Assembly (NCBI GenBank): GCA_013265495.1
Contig: MU058000.1
Coordinates: 1,426,001-1,490,000 of the forward strand
DNA length: 64,000 nucleotides
Direction: 5' to 3'
Source of the DNA: Vicugna vicugna
Taxonomy: Eukaryota
Shown: positions 1-13,664 of the stretch, piece after piece
Layout of the letters: each line of letters starts with the position of its first letter
How positions within the stretch are numbered: the stretch's first letter is position 1
Notes under the pieces: generated by a model
Told to the model about the DNA's origin: nothing
The model's database searches: none
What the model saw: the letters and a program-made list of their open reading frames with translations, nothing else
Position numbers and translations under genes: made by a program

Positions 1-470
1 TCATCTATATATAAAATATATTAATAGTCATCAGAGTGTGAAGTTTTGTTTGTGGAGAAATTTTAGATACAAATTTAATTTCTTTAATTGACTTAAGGCT
101 ATTAAAGTTTTCTATTTCTTCTTGAATTCATTTTTGTAATCCTTTTAATTTTTTGAATCCAAATTTTCAATTTTTTTGGCATAAAGTTGTTCATAATATT
201 CCCTTCTTCAGTAAATGCCTGTAGGGTCTCTAGTTATATCCATTTTTTTCCCTTCCTGATACTTATTGATAATCTGTATTTTTAGTTTTCTCATTCAACA
301 ATTTCTGCTCTTTATTATTTTGCTTTTTATTTTTGGCTTCAATTTTCCTAATTTCTTAAGATGGAAATTTCAATGATTGATTTAGATCATTCTTTTCTAC
401 ACATAAATTGAAAGCCATACATTTCCCTCTAGGCAGTACTTTGCATTCCAAAAATTCTGTTATGTTGTTT
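1..470 (-). mobile_element. Old L1 ORF2-region fragment
   Basis: T-rich antisense L1-like sequence (e.g. tttggcataaagttgttcataatatt, tttccctctaggcagtactt); degenerate, no ORF. Confidence 0.65.
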
Positions 471-1550
471 TAACAATTTTACTTATATATAATTGATAAT
501 AAGTTACATATATTTAAAGTGCATTATATATTTATATTTATTTATATATTTATATTAATATTATATTTCTATATTATCTATAACACTATATATGTCATAT
601 ACATCATATATTTATCATATTATATATATTTACCATGTTTTATATGTATATATGTTAAATATATAAAACACAATAAAAATTCTGAACATATCCATCAACC
701 CCCCAAAATTACCCGATGACCATTGGCTGCTTTATAATCCCTCCGTCCTGCTTCTCTTTGCCCACACACATGCAACTTTCTTTCTTATGCTGTAGATTAC
801 TTTGCATATTCTAGCATTTTATTAAAAATGGAATCATACAGTATGTACTCTTTTTAATCTTTCACTCAACATAATTATTTTGGGATTCTTCCATGTTGTA
901 GCCAATATGTGCAGTTTATTCTGTTTTTCATTTATTAATAATTATTCTGTGATACAGTACAATTATATTTATTCACCTACTCTTTCATGGGAACTGTGTC
1001 CAGTTTTTGGTTACTACAAATTAAGCTGCTATGAACATTATGTATATATCTTTGCACATAATTTTCTCTTGGATAAATGCCTAGAGTTAAATGGCTGAAT
1101 TTTAGGCACATGTTTACATTTTTAAAAAGCTGTCAAAGTGTTTTTCCAAATTGGCTGTGGCATTTAACACTCCCTCCTTTAGTGTATGCTGTTCCATTTA
1201 CTGCAGATGCTCGCCAGTAATTTGCATGGTCATTCTTTTTAATTTCAGCCATTCTAATATCTGTGCGGTTTTGTCTCATCATGGTTTTAACTTGCATTTT
1301 CCCATCTTCTATTAACCAGAGATACTGAGCATCAGTCTACGTACTTATTTGCCACTGGTATATCCTTACTTGTTGAAGTGTCTGCTTTCAATTTTTTTTT
1401 AAGTGAGCTGTTTTCATCCTTATTTTTGAACTTTGAGAATTCTTTATATATTCTGCACACAAGTCCTTTATCAAATACATGTCCCTCAGCCTGTGATTTT
1501 TCTTTTCATTGTCTTCACAGGGTCTTTTGAAGAGCAGAAGTTTGAAAAGT
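470..1550 (-). mobile_element. Old L1M (MB/MC/ME-type) 3' UTR and ORF2 end, with an AT-rich low-complexity stretch at ~480-680
   Basis: Typical antisense motifs aaatggaatcatacagtatgtactc, cttccatgttgtagc, gctgctatgaacatt, ttttaatttcagccattctaat. Confidence 0.8.
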
Positions 1551-1569
1551 TTCAAGTTTTAGGAGAATA

Positions 1570-2190
1570 GGACTTTTGCCTCCTTAGGTAGATTTATTCC
1601 TGGGTATTTTATTCTTTTACAAGAAATGGTAAATGAGATTGTTTCCTTAATTTATTTTTCTGATGTTCCATTGTTAGGGTATAGAAATGCAATAGATTTC
1701 TGTATATTAATTTTGTATCTTGCAACTTTACCAAATTTATGAATGAGCTCTAATATTTTTCTGGTGGTGTCTTTAGGATTTTTTGTGTGGAGTATTATGT
1801 CATCTACATGCAGTGACAATGATGCTAACTGCGGGTTTGTCATAAATGGCCTTTACTGTGTTGAGATATGTTCCCTCTACGCCTACTTTTAAAGACATTC
1901 TCTTTCATTCTTAGTTGCTGAGGGATTCTTTTTCCATTGGAAATATATGTTGGATTTTGTCAGATACTTTTTCTGCATCTATTGAGATGATCATTTTATT
2001 TTTCATTTTTAGTTGGTTAATATTTTGTTTAGAATTTTTGCGTCTGTGTTAGGTAGGATATGCACCTGTGGCTTTCTTTCCTTGTAATTTCATTGTCTTG
2101 CTTTAGTATCAAGGCAGTACTTGCATCATGAATGAGTCAGAAAGTTTTTACTCTCCTCCAAATTTCTGGAAGAGTTTGTGTAATTTTTGG
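1570..2190 (-). mobile_element. L1 ORF2 reverse-transcriptase fragments
   Basis: ORF 1652-1843(-) reads LHVDDIILHTKNPKDTTRKILELIHKFGKVARYKINIQKSIAFLY, matching the L1 RT region that follows the FADD motif. Confidence 0.9.
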
Positions 2191-5100
2191 CTTTATTTTA
2201 GCAGGCAATTGTCTTGGCTTGTACTACAAATCCCATTCTTAGGTGGTAGTTTTCATTTCATTTCCTATATTTTGTCTTAGGTTCTCCTTTCAGTCTATTG
2301 CACAAACGTGTGATTTAAGTGCCAGCTAAAGGGGAGGGTTGGTAGAAACTGGGAATCCTCTCCCCATGTCTTTCTTTTCTGGGATTCTCTCTCCATGAGT
2401 AGCGGCCGTGGTTTCCTCAGATTCAGTCTTCTGTGTTCCCCAGACCAGGGAAACTGTAGTTTTCCACTGTTCCAGTTACTGTAAATATTTTAGTCACTGT
2501 GACTAATGATAAAAGCTGTGAGAATAGGAACTCATTTCTTACAAATCCCCTCCTACTCCAATTATAGACTCTCCATCAGGATATGTCTTCTCCTCTGTAT
2601 TATATCCAGAATCTATTGATGTCAGCTGCAGGTGGTTGTATAATGAAATCTCATTCAGCCACTACTTGGGTCAGAGAAGTCTTCCTTCCTTTTTAATATT
2701 CTCTGACATTTCCCTCAATGTTAAGCTCTCATTTTTAGCCGTTGGTTTATTTAGTGTGTCTTTGTCTAGCAACCTCGCTGCCACTTTGTATGCTACTTCT
2801 AATCTGATGTGAGCTTAGAAATTAAAACTCCTGACATAGTAGAATTTGGTCCAGATGAAGATTAGATGGTCCCAGAGACATTCTTATATCTCTAAAGATT
2901 ATGACCTTAATTACATAAGTTTTGTGTAACAACATTTGGCTGCTTTCAAATTTTATCACTTCCAGGTTTTTATTTCTTGCTGTATTTTTTAAATTAGAAA
3001 TATAAACTTTCATTTATGAACTTTGATATATCCAAATGTTTTTCTTAGACATGTACAAACTCTGTGTCACAGAGACTTACAAACATGCTTTTTAAAATTT
3101 GAGCCAATTTACCCAGCATCCTTCGACTACTTGAGAGAAATATGTGCAACAATCCCCACATAGATTTATCTTTATTAATTACAAAAAGAACATAATGATT
3201 TATAGTTATTGGTTAGGTGGCGTATGTAGGATGAAACCTAAAATTCATTTTCAACTATTGATAACCAAAGGTGGGTTTTTGATTCAGAATTTATTGCTAA
3301 TCTTGTAACAGTATTTTTTGTAAAATGAAGCATTTGCTGTTTTCTTTTTTAAAAGCTGTCCCTAGGATGCCCTTGTAAGTGAAAGGCTTAATAGATTTTA
3401 CGGCTGTGAATCATTTTCACCAATACTTGAGTGCATGAAATATTCTAGAAGTGCTGAGTCTATTCTTCAAATCACTACAAGCTCACATAGCTTATTGAAA
3501 CTTTGTTCAGTTTCTCAGTTTTTCTATTCATATTTAATTTTAGAACATTCTGTACTCTTTTCCAACTGAGCTACACTTGAAGCTTATGGATTTACCAATA
3601 CTCTATGCACTTCTGAACTTTGCCATCTAATCCTGAGAAATACATATTCTTTTTGTTCTTATGCATAAAAATACATTATTTGGAAACTGTTTTTAGTCCA
3701 GTTTTATCTAAAAAAAACTAATCCATATGAATGGATAAGGTTGATATCCCCATTCAGCCACATATATCTTTATATTTCTCCAGATATTTATTTTCTATTT
3801 GCCTTATCAGGCTAACTTTGAAAAGTAAAGAAGCAGAATCTCCATTTTTAGATTCCCATTAGTTAGTTGGATGTGACTCAAATAAGATTTTCTTTGCTGG
3901 TCTCAAAATTAACTGGCCCCTACAGACCAGAGGAAACATATTTGGAATATGTAAATAAATGCAAGCAATTTTTGATTAACTTAGAGTGAGCCTCTTTCAT
4001 ACATTAAGGTATACCATTGTTATCAAAGAAATAATTAACAGAGCTAGGAGAAATTACATGTGACTGAAGTGGGTAAAAACTATCCTTTAACCCTCAAATG
4101 GGTTAGAAATATTTTGTCAGAAAAATTGTTTGAGGGTGATCTGAGAGGGTCTAAGTAATAGGGATAAATGATGTTAACATAAAGATAATGTAGAATGTCG
4201 GAAAAGTCTCCAAATGACAGTCTCCAGCAGGAAACAGTGGGAGCCTTGAGGGAAAAGATTTCAAGAAGCATGTTTTCATCCAGGTGCCAGATAAAATGCT
4301 CTGATAGACCTGAGTCTGAGTTATTATAACAGAATATGTTATAGTGGTGACTGTGCATATCCGCACAAAGAACATTGTATTTAACTTTAAATCAGGCGCT
4401 GGTTCATGGCTCCAACCTGTGTGAGTTTTGGCAAAGTTGTTAAATGCTCATAAGTTATAGTTACTAGGAACTGAGATCGAAACTCAAACTTAATGACTCA
4501 CATAGAAACAATACCTTCTGGTCAGATGAAGACATCTAAGCCTTTTATTTATTTTGTTTGTTTTTTTGTTTGTTTGTTTGTTTTTTGGCTTGGCTGTTCT
4601 TGGAAGACCTTAAGCAAAATCAAAATATACTTTAAATATGGAACATGACGGTTATATAAGAGAGAGGAAAGGAACTGAAGGACTGAGTGAACATAGAAAC
4701 TTTTAGAGGATTGACCGGGACCTAGGCAGCAGAATGGGAAGATGCAATGACTTTCTTGTCAATCCAGGGAAATTGGGAAAATGGTGCCACCTACAAAACT
4801 ACAAAGTAATCTTTTTTGGCATGGAATTGGCAAGCATTAAAAAAGCTGATGATGCCAAGACTCCTGGAAACTTGGGAGGTAGCAATCTCAGCTGATTGCA
4901 GCCGAAGTAGCCAAGAGCTAGTGGCAGAAAATAAGCAGAGAGGGCAATTTTTCAGAGGTGGCCTAATGGCTTTCAGGATTCTGAGTAGCCTTTGTGTGAG
5001 AGGAAAAAATGAACTATAGACTCATAAGGCTGTATTCAATGTGGGCCATCAATAAGACTGACATTGACACAGTCCATGGACTTCTGTTAGAAAACAGCAC

Positions 5101-6190
5101 ACACAGTCAGGTTTCTAGTATGAGTAAGGTAAATGGATTTTGTATATATGCAAAATACACATTTTAATGTCTCATATATGTGTGTATAGATACCTTTTTT
5201 TAGCTAAGATTCTTAATATTACTGCATTTAATAGTCGTCCCCCCATCCCATGTTTTAAGAACTCTATGTTTCTGGGAAAGGGAGGAGACTAAATATAAGT
5301 AGTCCATGAATGAATTTACCTGGAGAAATTCTTAAAAGATTGTGTGAATTTTGACACTATCATATTCCTATTTTGGACCTGAAAGGCAAGTGTAATGTTC
5401 TGAGACTTGCGTGCCATTAAAAAAAAAATTAGGTTGAAAGGAAAAAGTGGAAGGAGTTTGCAACTGGCAGAAGATCATGGCTGAGAGTTGGCCAACCCAC
5501 AGTTAGACACAATGTCCAGAGGGTAGGACGGGCATACTGGTGATTTTAAATGGGCACCTGAATTCTGAGTTATCTCAGCAGAGCCCTGGAATGTGGGCAG
5601 CATTTACATGAGAAGCAGATCCCATAGAATCAGGGGTGAAGGTGACTTTGTGAGTGAATTCTTTGCATATGTGTCTTAGGCTCTGGACCAGGGCAGTAGC
5701 AAGTATGTCATCTCTTGGATTACGTTCATGGTTTCCTGAGGAACTTGGATTTAGAGGCAAAGAGAAAGACTGTGGATATCAGTGTCTTAGGTTGAAGGGT
5801 GCTTGTGGGTTAAATAACACCTATTTCACATCTGAGAATATCAGGAACCTGGAGAAAAGCCAAGATTCAGATGTGCAGAACTGTAGACACAAGTAAAAGT
5901 GGGTGGCAGGAGAATTTAGATGGTCCTGGACAGAAGGAAGTCTAGGTTCACTTTCTGCAGTAGGCAGATTACTTCTCTTCTACTGTGCATACACATAGAC
6001 ACATCAAAGCAGTTATGTTCTTGCATTGCAAGATGCCATTGAACTCTGATGCAAATATAATCTTGATATGTCCAAATTGCCTTTCCCTAATCACACTTCA
6101 TTTACATAATTCACCACCACTGCTTACTGTTTTTTGTTTTTTCTGTATATACAGTTTTGTCATTGTGGTTGCTTGATTTACTTACTACAG

Positions 6191-6259
6191 GTGTCAGCTG
6201 CTCTCTGTAGAGGAGAGACGGAAGGTATCCTTCGAGGAGACCTTATTTGTCCTAGGAAG
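6191..6259 (+). CDS. Candidate internal exon A (69 nt) of an unidentified gene; phase-0 frame VSAALCRGETEGILRGDLICPRK
   Basis: Acceptor tttacttactacag, donor AAG|gtatgt, length divisible by 3, CpG-containing unique sequence; a second frame (CQLLSVEERRKVSFEETLFVLG) is also open. Confidence 0.45.
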
Positions 6260-6635
6260 GTATGTAGCCCTATGGTTATGTGCGTGCAGAATGAGTAAGC
6301 ATTCAGTTCCTTAGGAATATGTAGATTGAACCTCATATGCTTTATTTGTAGCTTTGCTCCTTCTTAGCTTTGTTTTACTTTTATAATTTATGTTTTATTT
6401 TTTCTTTATTTATTGATCAGATCACTAATACTGTGTCACTCAAACTCCTAAGGCTTTGATTATTGAATACAGAACATATTATAGTAAAATTATGCCCATG
6501 CGCTTATGGATCTTTGAGAATGAAATGTTAGCATAATGCTTAAAACATTTACATTTTACATTTCTATTTGCTAAGAAAATTCAACAGGTTAAAGGTTATT
6601 TTGTTATTAGATACATTTTTTTTTATGTGTACATG

Positions 6636-7215
6636 GTAGGCAGAATTGTAAGAATGACCTCCAGTGCTCCTCTATCTGTGTAACCTCCTTCCTTTTGAGT
6701 GCAGGTAGAACCTGTGAAAATGATGAGATATTATGATCATGTTACATTATATCGTAAAAAGGAGCTATCTGAGTGGGCCTAATCTATGTACATGAGCTCT
6801 TTAAAGTAGAAAAGATTTGTTTCTAGCAGGTGGTAGAATGGAGGAGTAAAGAGATTCAAAGCATGAGAAGCTGCTTGTGGATAGCTGGCTCATGGTCACA
6901 GGGGATCACGAGATAAGAAATTCAGAGGCCTTTTCTGATAACCAGCAGGAAAATGACAACCTATCAGTCCTGCAAATACAAGGAACTGAATTCTGACAGC
7001 AATCTAAATGAGCTTGGAAGCAGAATCATCCCCAGATCCCAAGAGTAGGACCTCAGCCTGACTGACAATTTGATGTTGACCTGTGAGACCATAAACAAAG
7101 AACTTAGTCAGACCCACCTGGATTCCTGACCCATGAAAAGTGCAAGACAGTATGTGGGTATTGTTTTAAGCCACTAGCTTTGTAACAAATAGTTAAACAT
7201 ATCAACAGAAAATTC
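6636..7215 (+). mobile_element. MaLR solo LTR (MLT1E/F-like)
   Basis: Begins tggtaggcagaatt; contains aaggaactgaattctg, agcttggaagcaga, ttgttttaagccacta. Confidence 0.8.
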
Positions 7216-7809
7216 TATAGAGCCTACTATTTGCTCTGTGTGAGCTGTGGAAAACACAAGATGAATAAAACACTTGTCACTTTTTTGAGATGTTTAGAGC
7301 ATAGTAAACAAGATAGATGTTTAAACTTCAAATATAATTATAATGCATTTCATGAAGTGATAGATGCTGCTTATAAAATACCATGGATATACAAGTATAT
7401 GGTGGAGAATTCTGCCTAGGGAAATCAGGAGAGACATTTCAGAGACTGTGATTGTTGGAGTCTATAATGAAAAAGGTAATATGAAACAGGGACAAATAAT
7501 ATTACCAGGCGAAAGAGACACAAATTCTTAATATATAAATATTCACAACCTTATAAAACTGATTGAAGGCACAGAGAAGGTCAGTTTCAATTTTATGAGA
7601 AATTAACTGGTGTAAGTGTGAGTGCATCTTCATGTTTAGAAAATAATTCTATCTCAGAATATTCATTTTATCACATTGCAGATATTTTCCTCCAAGCATG
7701 TTCTGGCCAAGCAGTATGATCATCAATAAGTAACTTAATTGAATTTCTATGATGTATGTAATGGCTTCACTAAGCTCAGGAAAGTGAATTTTAAGCCTTG
7801 AAAACTGTA

Positions 7810-8250
7810 CTATCAGATAACATTAGATTCAGTTGGGAGTGCCTCGAACCCCAAATAACGGTGGCCTTAATAAGACAGGCATTAATTTCCCTGTCATGCA
7901 AAAAGTCTTGAGGTTGGCAGTTGGGTGGGAATGGTTATGGGAGCTTCCTGGTGTCAGGAACCTTTTTTCTCTGACGCATGTGTGGTTTATATTCCCAGGC
8001 AATTTCATGGTGATCTATTTGTCCGCTGGCACTCCATGATGTACATTACACTCCATTCAGTGGGAAGGAGTGAGGATGATTATGCTAATCCTCCTTTCAC
8101 ATCCTCGTGATGTTATTACCCAGAAACCGCACATGTCACTTCCACTTACAAATTATTCATTAAGCTTTGTTCATAGAGTTACTAGCAGCAAGGAAGACTA
8201 GAGAATGTAGTTCTATTTCTGATGGCTACAGGCACTACTAAAAGTTACGG
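7810..8250 (-). mobile_element. Old MaLR LTR (MLT1J/K/L-like)
   Basis: aaataacggtggccttaataagacagg ... catgtcacttccactta ... agcagcaaggaagactagagaatgtagt. Confidence 0.6.
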
Positions 8251-8817
8251 ATCTTATAACTGTTCATTGTAAAAGTTATCCATCATGTGCAAGTATCAAC
8301 TAAAATAAGCACATATATATTTTCTCTGAGTTTTAAATTTAAGTTTACTTTAAGAAAGGTTGAGCCAGTTTTAACATAATAGTTGTATTTTAAGATACTA
8401 TTATAATACCATTTCCCAAACGTCTTAACTTCAGATGATAATAGGTCATTTAACATGAAATTGGAAGAAAGTAAAGATGTATGAAGAACTATACTTATAC
8501 AGAGACTAAATGATAGTTATTCATTGTTAAAAGGACAGCATAACATATACTATTTTCTTGGATATAGTGTTATTCTCTAACCTTTAAGCCCTGGACATTC
8601 AGAAAAAATAAAGTTGAAAGACTTAAAATGTATTACTCACATAGTAATTCGAGTGCATGTTACTAAGAAGACTATGGACAAGAATTTTAAAACAGTTTAT
8701 ACTGCTTACAAATAAAATTGAATTTAGCAAGTCTAATTTGACGGGAGATGACAAAGACATTTTCGTGGGTGCTTGAGTGAGCATAATATACAAGCAGGCA
8801 GTTGTTTTTTTTTTCAG

Positions 8818-8854
8818 GTAGATATTCCTTATTTAGAACCTGACGAGTGTAAGA
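8818..8854 (+). CDS. Candidate internal exon B (37 nt; 31 nt with the alternative donor after 8848), VDIPYLEPDECK
   Basis: Strong acceptor (T-run then cag); donors AGA|gtatgt and AGT|gtaaga, both phase 1; only the phase-0 start frame is stop-free. Confidence 0.4.
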
Positions 8855-9239
8855 GTATGTGTTGTTAAGTCATGACTTAGATGAGCGTTTGTCGTCTTTC
8901 CCAGAAAAAAAGGGAGTTGGAAGTAAAAACTACCCCACGTAGCCTTGAAAAATAATAACCTCAGAAACATAATACGTGTGAAAATCAGCAGATTTGTAGT
9001 CACTGGAGAGAGCAGAATGGACTGGGAGCCCCTCAAAAAGCTCCATCCCTAGAGAATTGTTACTATTAAATCTATTAGGCAGCTTTCTGATCTTTTCTTT
9101 ATGTGTAGAGTCTGTCTTTATTTGACCTAACTCAGAGCTCACTCAGTGAGGAGAGCCCTATCCCCAGGACATATGTCAAAAAAAAATATTAGTGGCAGTT
9201 TTTTAACACTGTAGATGCCAGAAACGGCTATAGCAATTA

Positions 9240-11735
9240 TGGCAAATAAGAAGCCTGCCAAAAATCTTCAATGCCAAATCTGGGAAATGAGAAACAAGAG
9301 GCAGAGATTGGTAGAATGTATTCAAACAGACATGATTCAACAATAAGATGGCTATAAAAGAAATACCTTAGATTTAATGACAAAAAGAGGTTGAAAGTAA
9401 GAGGGTGGAAAATATATTATGTATCATGCAAACAGTAAACAAAGAGAACAACAGTGGCTAATACTAGATTAGAAAGGCTTTAAGGTAAAAAATATTATTG
9501 GAGATAGCGTGATACTTAAAATGACAAAAGGAACACTCCATCAGGAGGACATAATATTATAAACATGCATACACTTAGCAATGAAGCCTAAGGTTACATG
9601 AGGCAGAAACTGGCAAAGTTGAAGGGAAAATAGACAGTTCACTGATAATAGTTGTAGAATTCAATACCCCCATTTCCAGCAATGAACAGAACAGCCATAT
9701 AGAAGACCAACAAAGGAATAAAAGCTGTGAACAACACTACAGGCCAAATCAATCTAACAGACATATACTCCATCCAACAATAATAACAGAGTGCACATTT
9801 TTCTCAAGTGCACATGAGACATTCACTAGGATAGACCATATATTATGCCATAATCGAGGAAAAATACATTTAAAAGGATTGAAATCATACAAAGTGTATT
9901 CTCTAATTAACCACAGTAGGCTAAATTGAGAAATTAAAACAGAAGCAAATTTGGAAAATTCACAAATACGTGGAAATTAAACAATACTTTCATAAAAAAA
10001 CTAAATGACAAATGGGTCAAAGGAGAAATGGAAAAGATGAAAATGAAAAATACTTTGAGATACAAGAAAATGATAATACAAGATACCAAAACTTATGCAA
10101 ACCAGCTAAAGTAGTGCTCAGAGAAAAACTTGTAGCTATAAATGCTTATATTAAAAGTTGAAAGTCCTCATATCAGTAACATAACCCTAAGAAACAATAA
10201 AAAGAGAGAAAACTAAAGCCATGGTAAAATGAATGAAGGAAATATTAAGATTGGAGTGAAAAGAAATGAAACAGAATAGAAAAACAGCAGAAAAATTAAA
10301 AACCCAAATTTGGTTCTTTGAAAAGATCAACAAAACTGACAAGCTTTAAGCTGGACTGACCAAGAAGAAAAACACGGAAGACTCAAATTACTAAAATTAG
10401 GAATTTTAAAAACAGATCACTACTAACCTCACAGAAGTGAATATGTTTAGAAGAGAACACCATGAACACCTGAACACCAACATGTTAGGTAATTTATATG
10501 AAAGGGACCAATTCATAGAAAAATACAAACTACTAAAATTCAAGAAGAAATAGAAACCTGAACAGTGTCAAAACAAATAAAAAATTTAGTACATTGAAAC
10601 CTCACTAGAAGGAAAAGTCTAGAATTCATTGATGACTTCTACCAAATAGTTAAAGAGTAAACAATATCAGTCCTTTGCAGATTGTTCTGAAAAATAGTAA
10701 AGAAGAGAATAATTACTCTGATAGCAAAATCAAAAAAATTACAGAAAAAAAATGCAACTAAAGACCAATCAATACCTCTTGTAAATATCAACACAAAATC
10801 CTCAACAAAATGGTGGTATACTGCATCTAACAACATATGAAAAAGATTAAGGATTATATACAATGACCAAACGGGGTTTAACCAGGAATGCAAAGTTGTT
10901 TTAACATGTGAAAATGAATCAACGTAATACACTGTATTAACAGAATAAGAACAGAAACCATATGATAATCTCAAAAGATGTAGAAAAGTGGTTTCATAAA
11001 ATCAAATCCTCTTTCATGACAAAAGCCATCAGTGACCTAGGAACAGAAGAGAACTTCTAGGAAAACTCACAGCTAAGATAATACTTAATGGGGAAAGACT
11101 GAAGGCTTTTCCCCCAAGATCAGGAACAAGAAAAGGGTGCCCATTTCCACCACTTCTATTTAACATTGCACTGGATATTCCAGCGGGGGCAATTAGACAA
11201 GAAAAGATTAAAAGTCATAGAAATGGAGAGTTAAAACTACCCCCATTCTCAGGTAGCAATTAGGCAAGATAAATAAAAAGCATCTGGATTGGAAATGAAG
11301 TGAACCTACCTCTATTTTCAGATGATAATTTTCAGAGAAAACCCGAAAGAATCCATGAAAAGCGACTAGAATTAATAAAAAGTTTCAACAAGTTTTCAGG
11401 ATACAATTTTAATATTCAAAAAATGCGTAGTATTTCTATACACTACCATGAATGTCCTGAAAATAAAATTAAGAAAACAATTTTATTTACAACAGCATAT
11501 AATAGAATAAGCTGTACAAACAAATCAAACAGTAGGCTGCAAAACATTGTTGAATGAAATTAAAAAGAAGTAAACAAATGGAAAAACATCCCATGTTCCC
11601 AGATTAGAAGAAAATATCTTAAGGATGACATTATCCCTCAAACTGATCTGCAGATTCGATACATTCTCTTTTTTTTTTTTTTGCAGAAATTGAGAAGCTG
11701 GTCCTAAAATTCATATGGAAATGAAAGAGGCACAA
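9240..11735 (+). mobile_element. Degenerate L1M ORF2 segment, endonuclease through RT
   Basis: A-rich sense strand with caggaggacataataattataaac, ttggttctttgaaaagatcaacaaaactgacaag, aagatcaggaacaaga; ORF 11300-11557 reads LPLFSDD...LELIKSFNKFSGYNFNIQK; many stops and frameshifts. Confidence 0.92.
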
Positions 11736-12441
11736 ATAGGTTTAGTGGGTAACAGGGCATTATTTTATAAATGTAGACAGTTCTATCTTGGAAGATTTTT
11801 TCCTTACCCTGGCCCTTCTCCGACCTGAGGAGCCTTTAAGATTAAGACTGACTATTATTTAAAGAAGAATAAATATTAAATGGCTATGCTTTCCCTCCCT
11901 TCTCTACAGAATACAAACTGTGAGTTTGGTTCAGGGGCAAAAAAGCAAGTACTTGGTGTAAAACAGAGCAGAAATATTTTAAATTAGGACACAAGCACCA
12001 CTGGAGTGTGTTTACAAAACTTCTGCCCCATGAGGTCTTCCTAAGATGAATTGACATGCCCTTCTCCACATGGGAGAATTGAGCATAGTATTTTGATTTT
12101 TAAAAAAAGTCTCCTCATGCTCTGCAGTTCCTCTTAGCAGCCCAGTGGGAGAAACACAGGCTGCTGCCTCTGAATTTAACCAACAAAGATGAATAATGCT
12201 TATTCAGAGAGATGACCTGCATTTTGTCAGATGCCACGCTCTGCACAGCCTTCTCTCCAGGGAACAGCCAGAGAGCATGCAGTGCCACAGTGCACAAGGT
12301 TGGCAGCTGGAAAGGAAATCATGGCAAGCCAAGGCTGTGCCACAATCCAGTGAAGAGAGGCGGATGTGAAGACTTACAGCTCTGGAGAAACGTAAGGGAA
12401 CAAGTGCTCTGATCGGCACTATGTTGATACTGTTCATTACA

Positions 12442-12473
12442 AGTCAGTTTCTGATGGAGTCAGTTTCTGATGG
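12442..12473. repeat. Perfect 16-bp tandem duplication (agtcagtttctgatgg x2)
   Basis: Read directly. Confidence 0.95.
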
Positions 12474-12544
12474 AAGCATCTGTCTTTTCCCCCTATACTC
12501 CTGGTTGTTAAAGCCAGATCTGGCTTAGGTGTGGATAAGAGAAG

Positions 12545-12760
12545 CTGCTGTAGTTAGGAGAATGGGCCATGAGGCAGACAAACCTAGTCTAGGTCCTAGC
12601 TCTGGAACTTGAAGAAGCAAAGTAGCAGCCAGAACCTTACACCTACTATGATTCAGTTTCATTAACAGCAAGATGCTGAAGACTATATTCTCTTCATAGA
12701 GTTGTTATAAAGATTAACTTACCTAAAGCACAATGTGTTATAACCATAAGTGACAGTTAT
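12545..12760 (+). mobile_element. MIR SINE
   Basis: gaggcagacaaacctag...tcctagctctg...tcagtttcatt...ttcatagagttgttataaagattaa core. Confidence 0.6.
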
Positions 12761-13113
12761 TAATACCAGGTTTTATTCAATATTAAGCTGATATTTACTT
12801 TGTCATTATTCTAGCCAGCCTTGGTAGATTTCCAGACTTTTGAGCCCAATTCTCTTAACCAGATAAAAGATTGGGTTGGCAGAGTTGTAAAGAATTATTC
12901 CCCCAAAATTATCCTAAACCTGGACTATGATTAACATTCCAAACCCATCAATTTTATGGAACTTGGATTATAATGGGTTATACAGGAGGGAAGGATAAGA
13001 GGCACTCATAGTTGCCAAATTCAAGGGCTACACACATCCTCAATTAGAAAGGAGAATGAGAATGGTGTTTGGAACTATTCTGGCATATTGGTCTTGTAAG
13101 GAGGTCAAATGAC

Positions 13114-13138
13114 TGTGTGTGTGTGTGTGTGTGTGTGT
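13114..13138. repeat. (TG)n microsatellite
   Basis: Read directly. Confidence 0.95.
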
Positions 13139-13235
13139 TTTCATACACTACCAAATGGATTGATAGTAATCTTATAAAAATACTCATTTTTCTTAAAGAT
13201 AAGGAAAGTAAGGTCCATGGGGTTATGTTACTCAC

Positions 13236-13664
13236 CAAATAGCAAATAGTTTTCCAATAGTCTGGCTTGAAGCAAGGTCTTCTGATCCTCAGCTGGTTGA
13301 GTTTTTCTTGAGGCTGCATAGAAGCAAGAAAAGCAAGCTTGCACACTGACCATGATAGCTTCCAAAGGACAGGAGAACTTTAACAAATCCCATGGTGATA
13401 AGTAGAGCAATACCAGGGGAAGTTCCTTTTTTCATCAAACCAATAAAGGCAAGAATTGTCAATCTTTCATCTTGCTTTCTGTCAGTGTGCACATAATACA
13501 GCTGGACAAAGTCGTCCCGGAGAGAACTTGCTCTCTGCTTGTTCCAAAGGAAGGTGAAAACTGAGCCACTGGGGGAGAAATGAAGCCATCAGGCACAAAT
13601 GTGATCGCTTTTTAATGAGATTGTTTGTACTAGGCCAGCAGGTAACTTTGGTGCTGAGTCAAAC
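13236..13664 (-). other. Candidate minus-strand exon (probably 5' UTR or first exon of an antisense or nested gene)
   Basis: Minus-strand donor TTG|GTGAGT at 13236/13235; two pyrimidine-rich acceptors giving exon starts 13664 and 13568; no recognisable repeat. Confidence 0.45.
13652..13661. promoter_or_regulatory. MARE/ARE-type motif TGCTGAGTCA (AP-1 core plus TGC flank; CNC-sMAF site)
   Basis: Exact motif in unique sequence next to a GA-rich tract; function not shown. Confidence 0.4.

Noticed and set aside
10639..10974. 111-aa ORF
   Set aside because: Antisense to L1 ORF2
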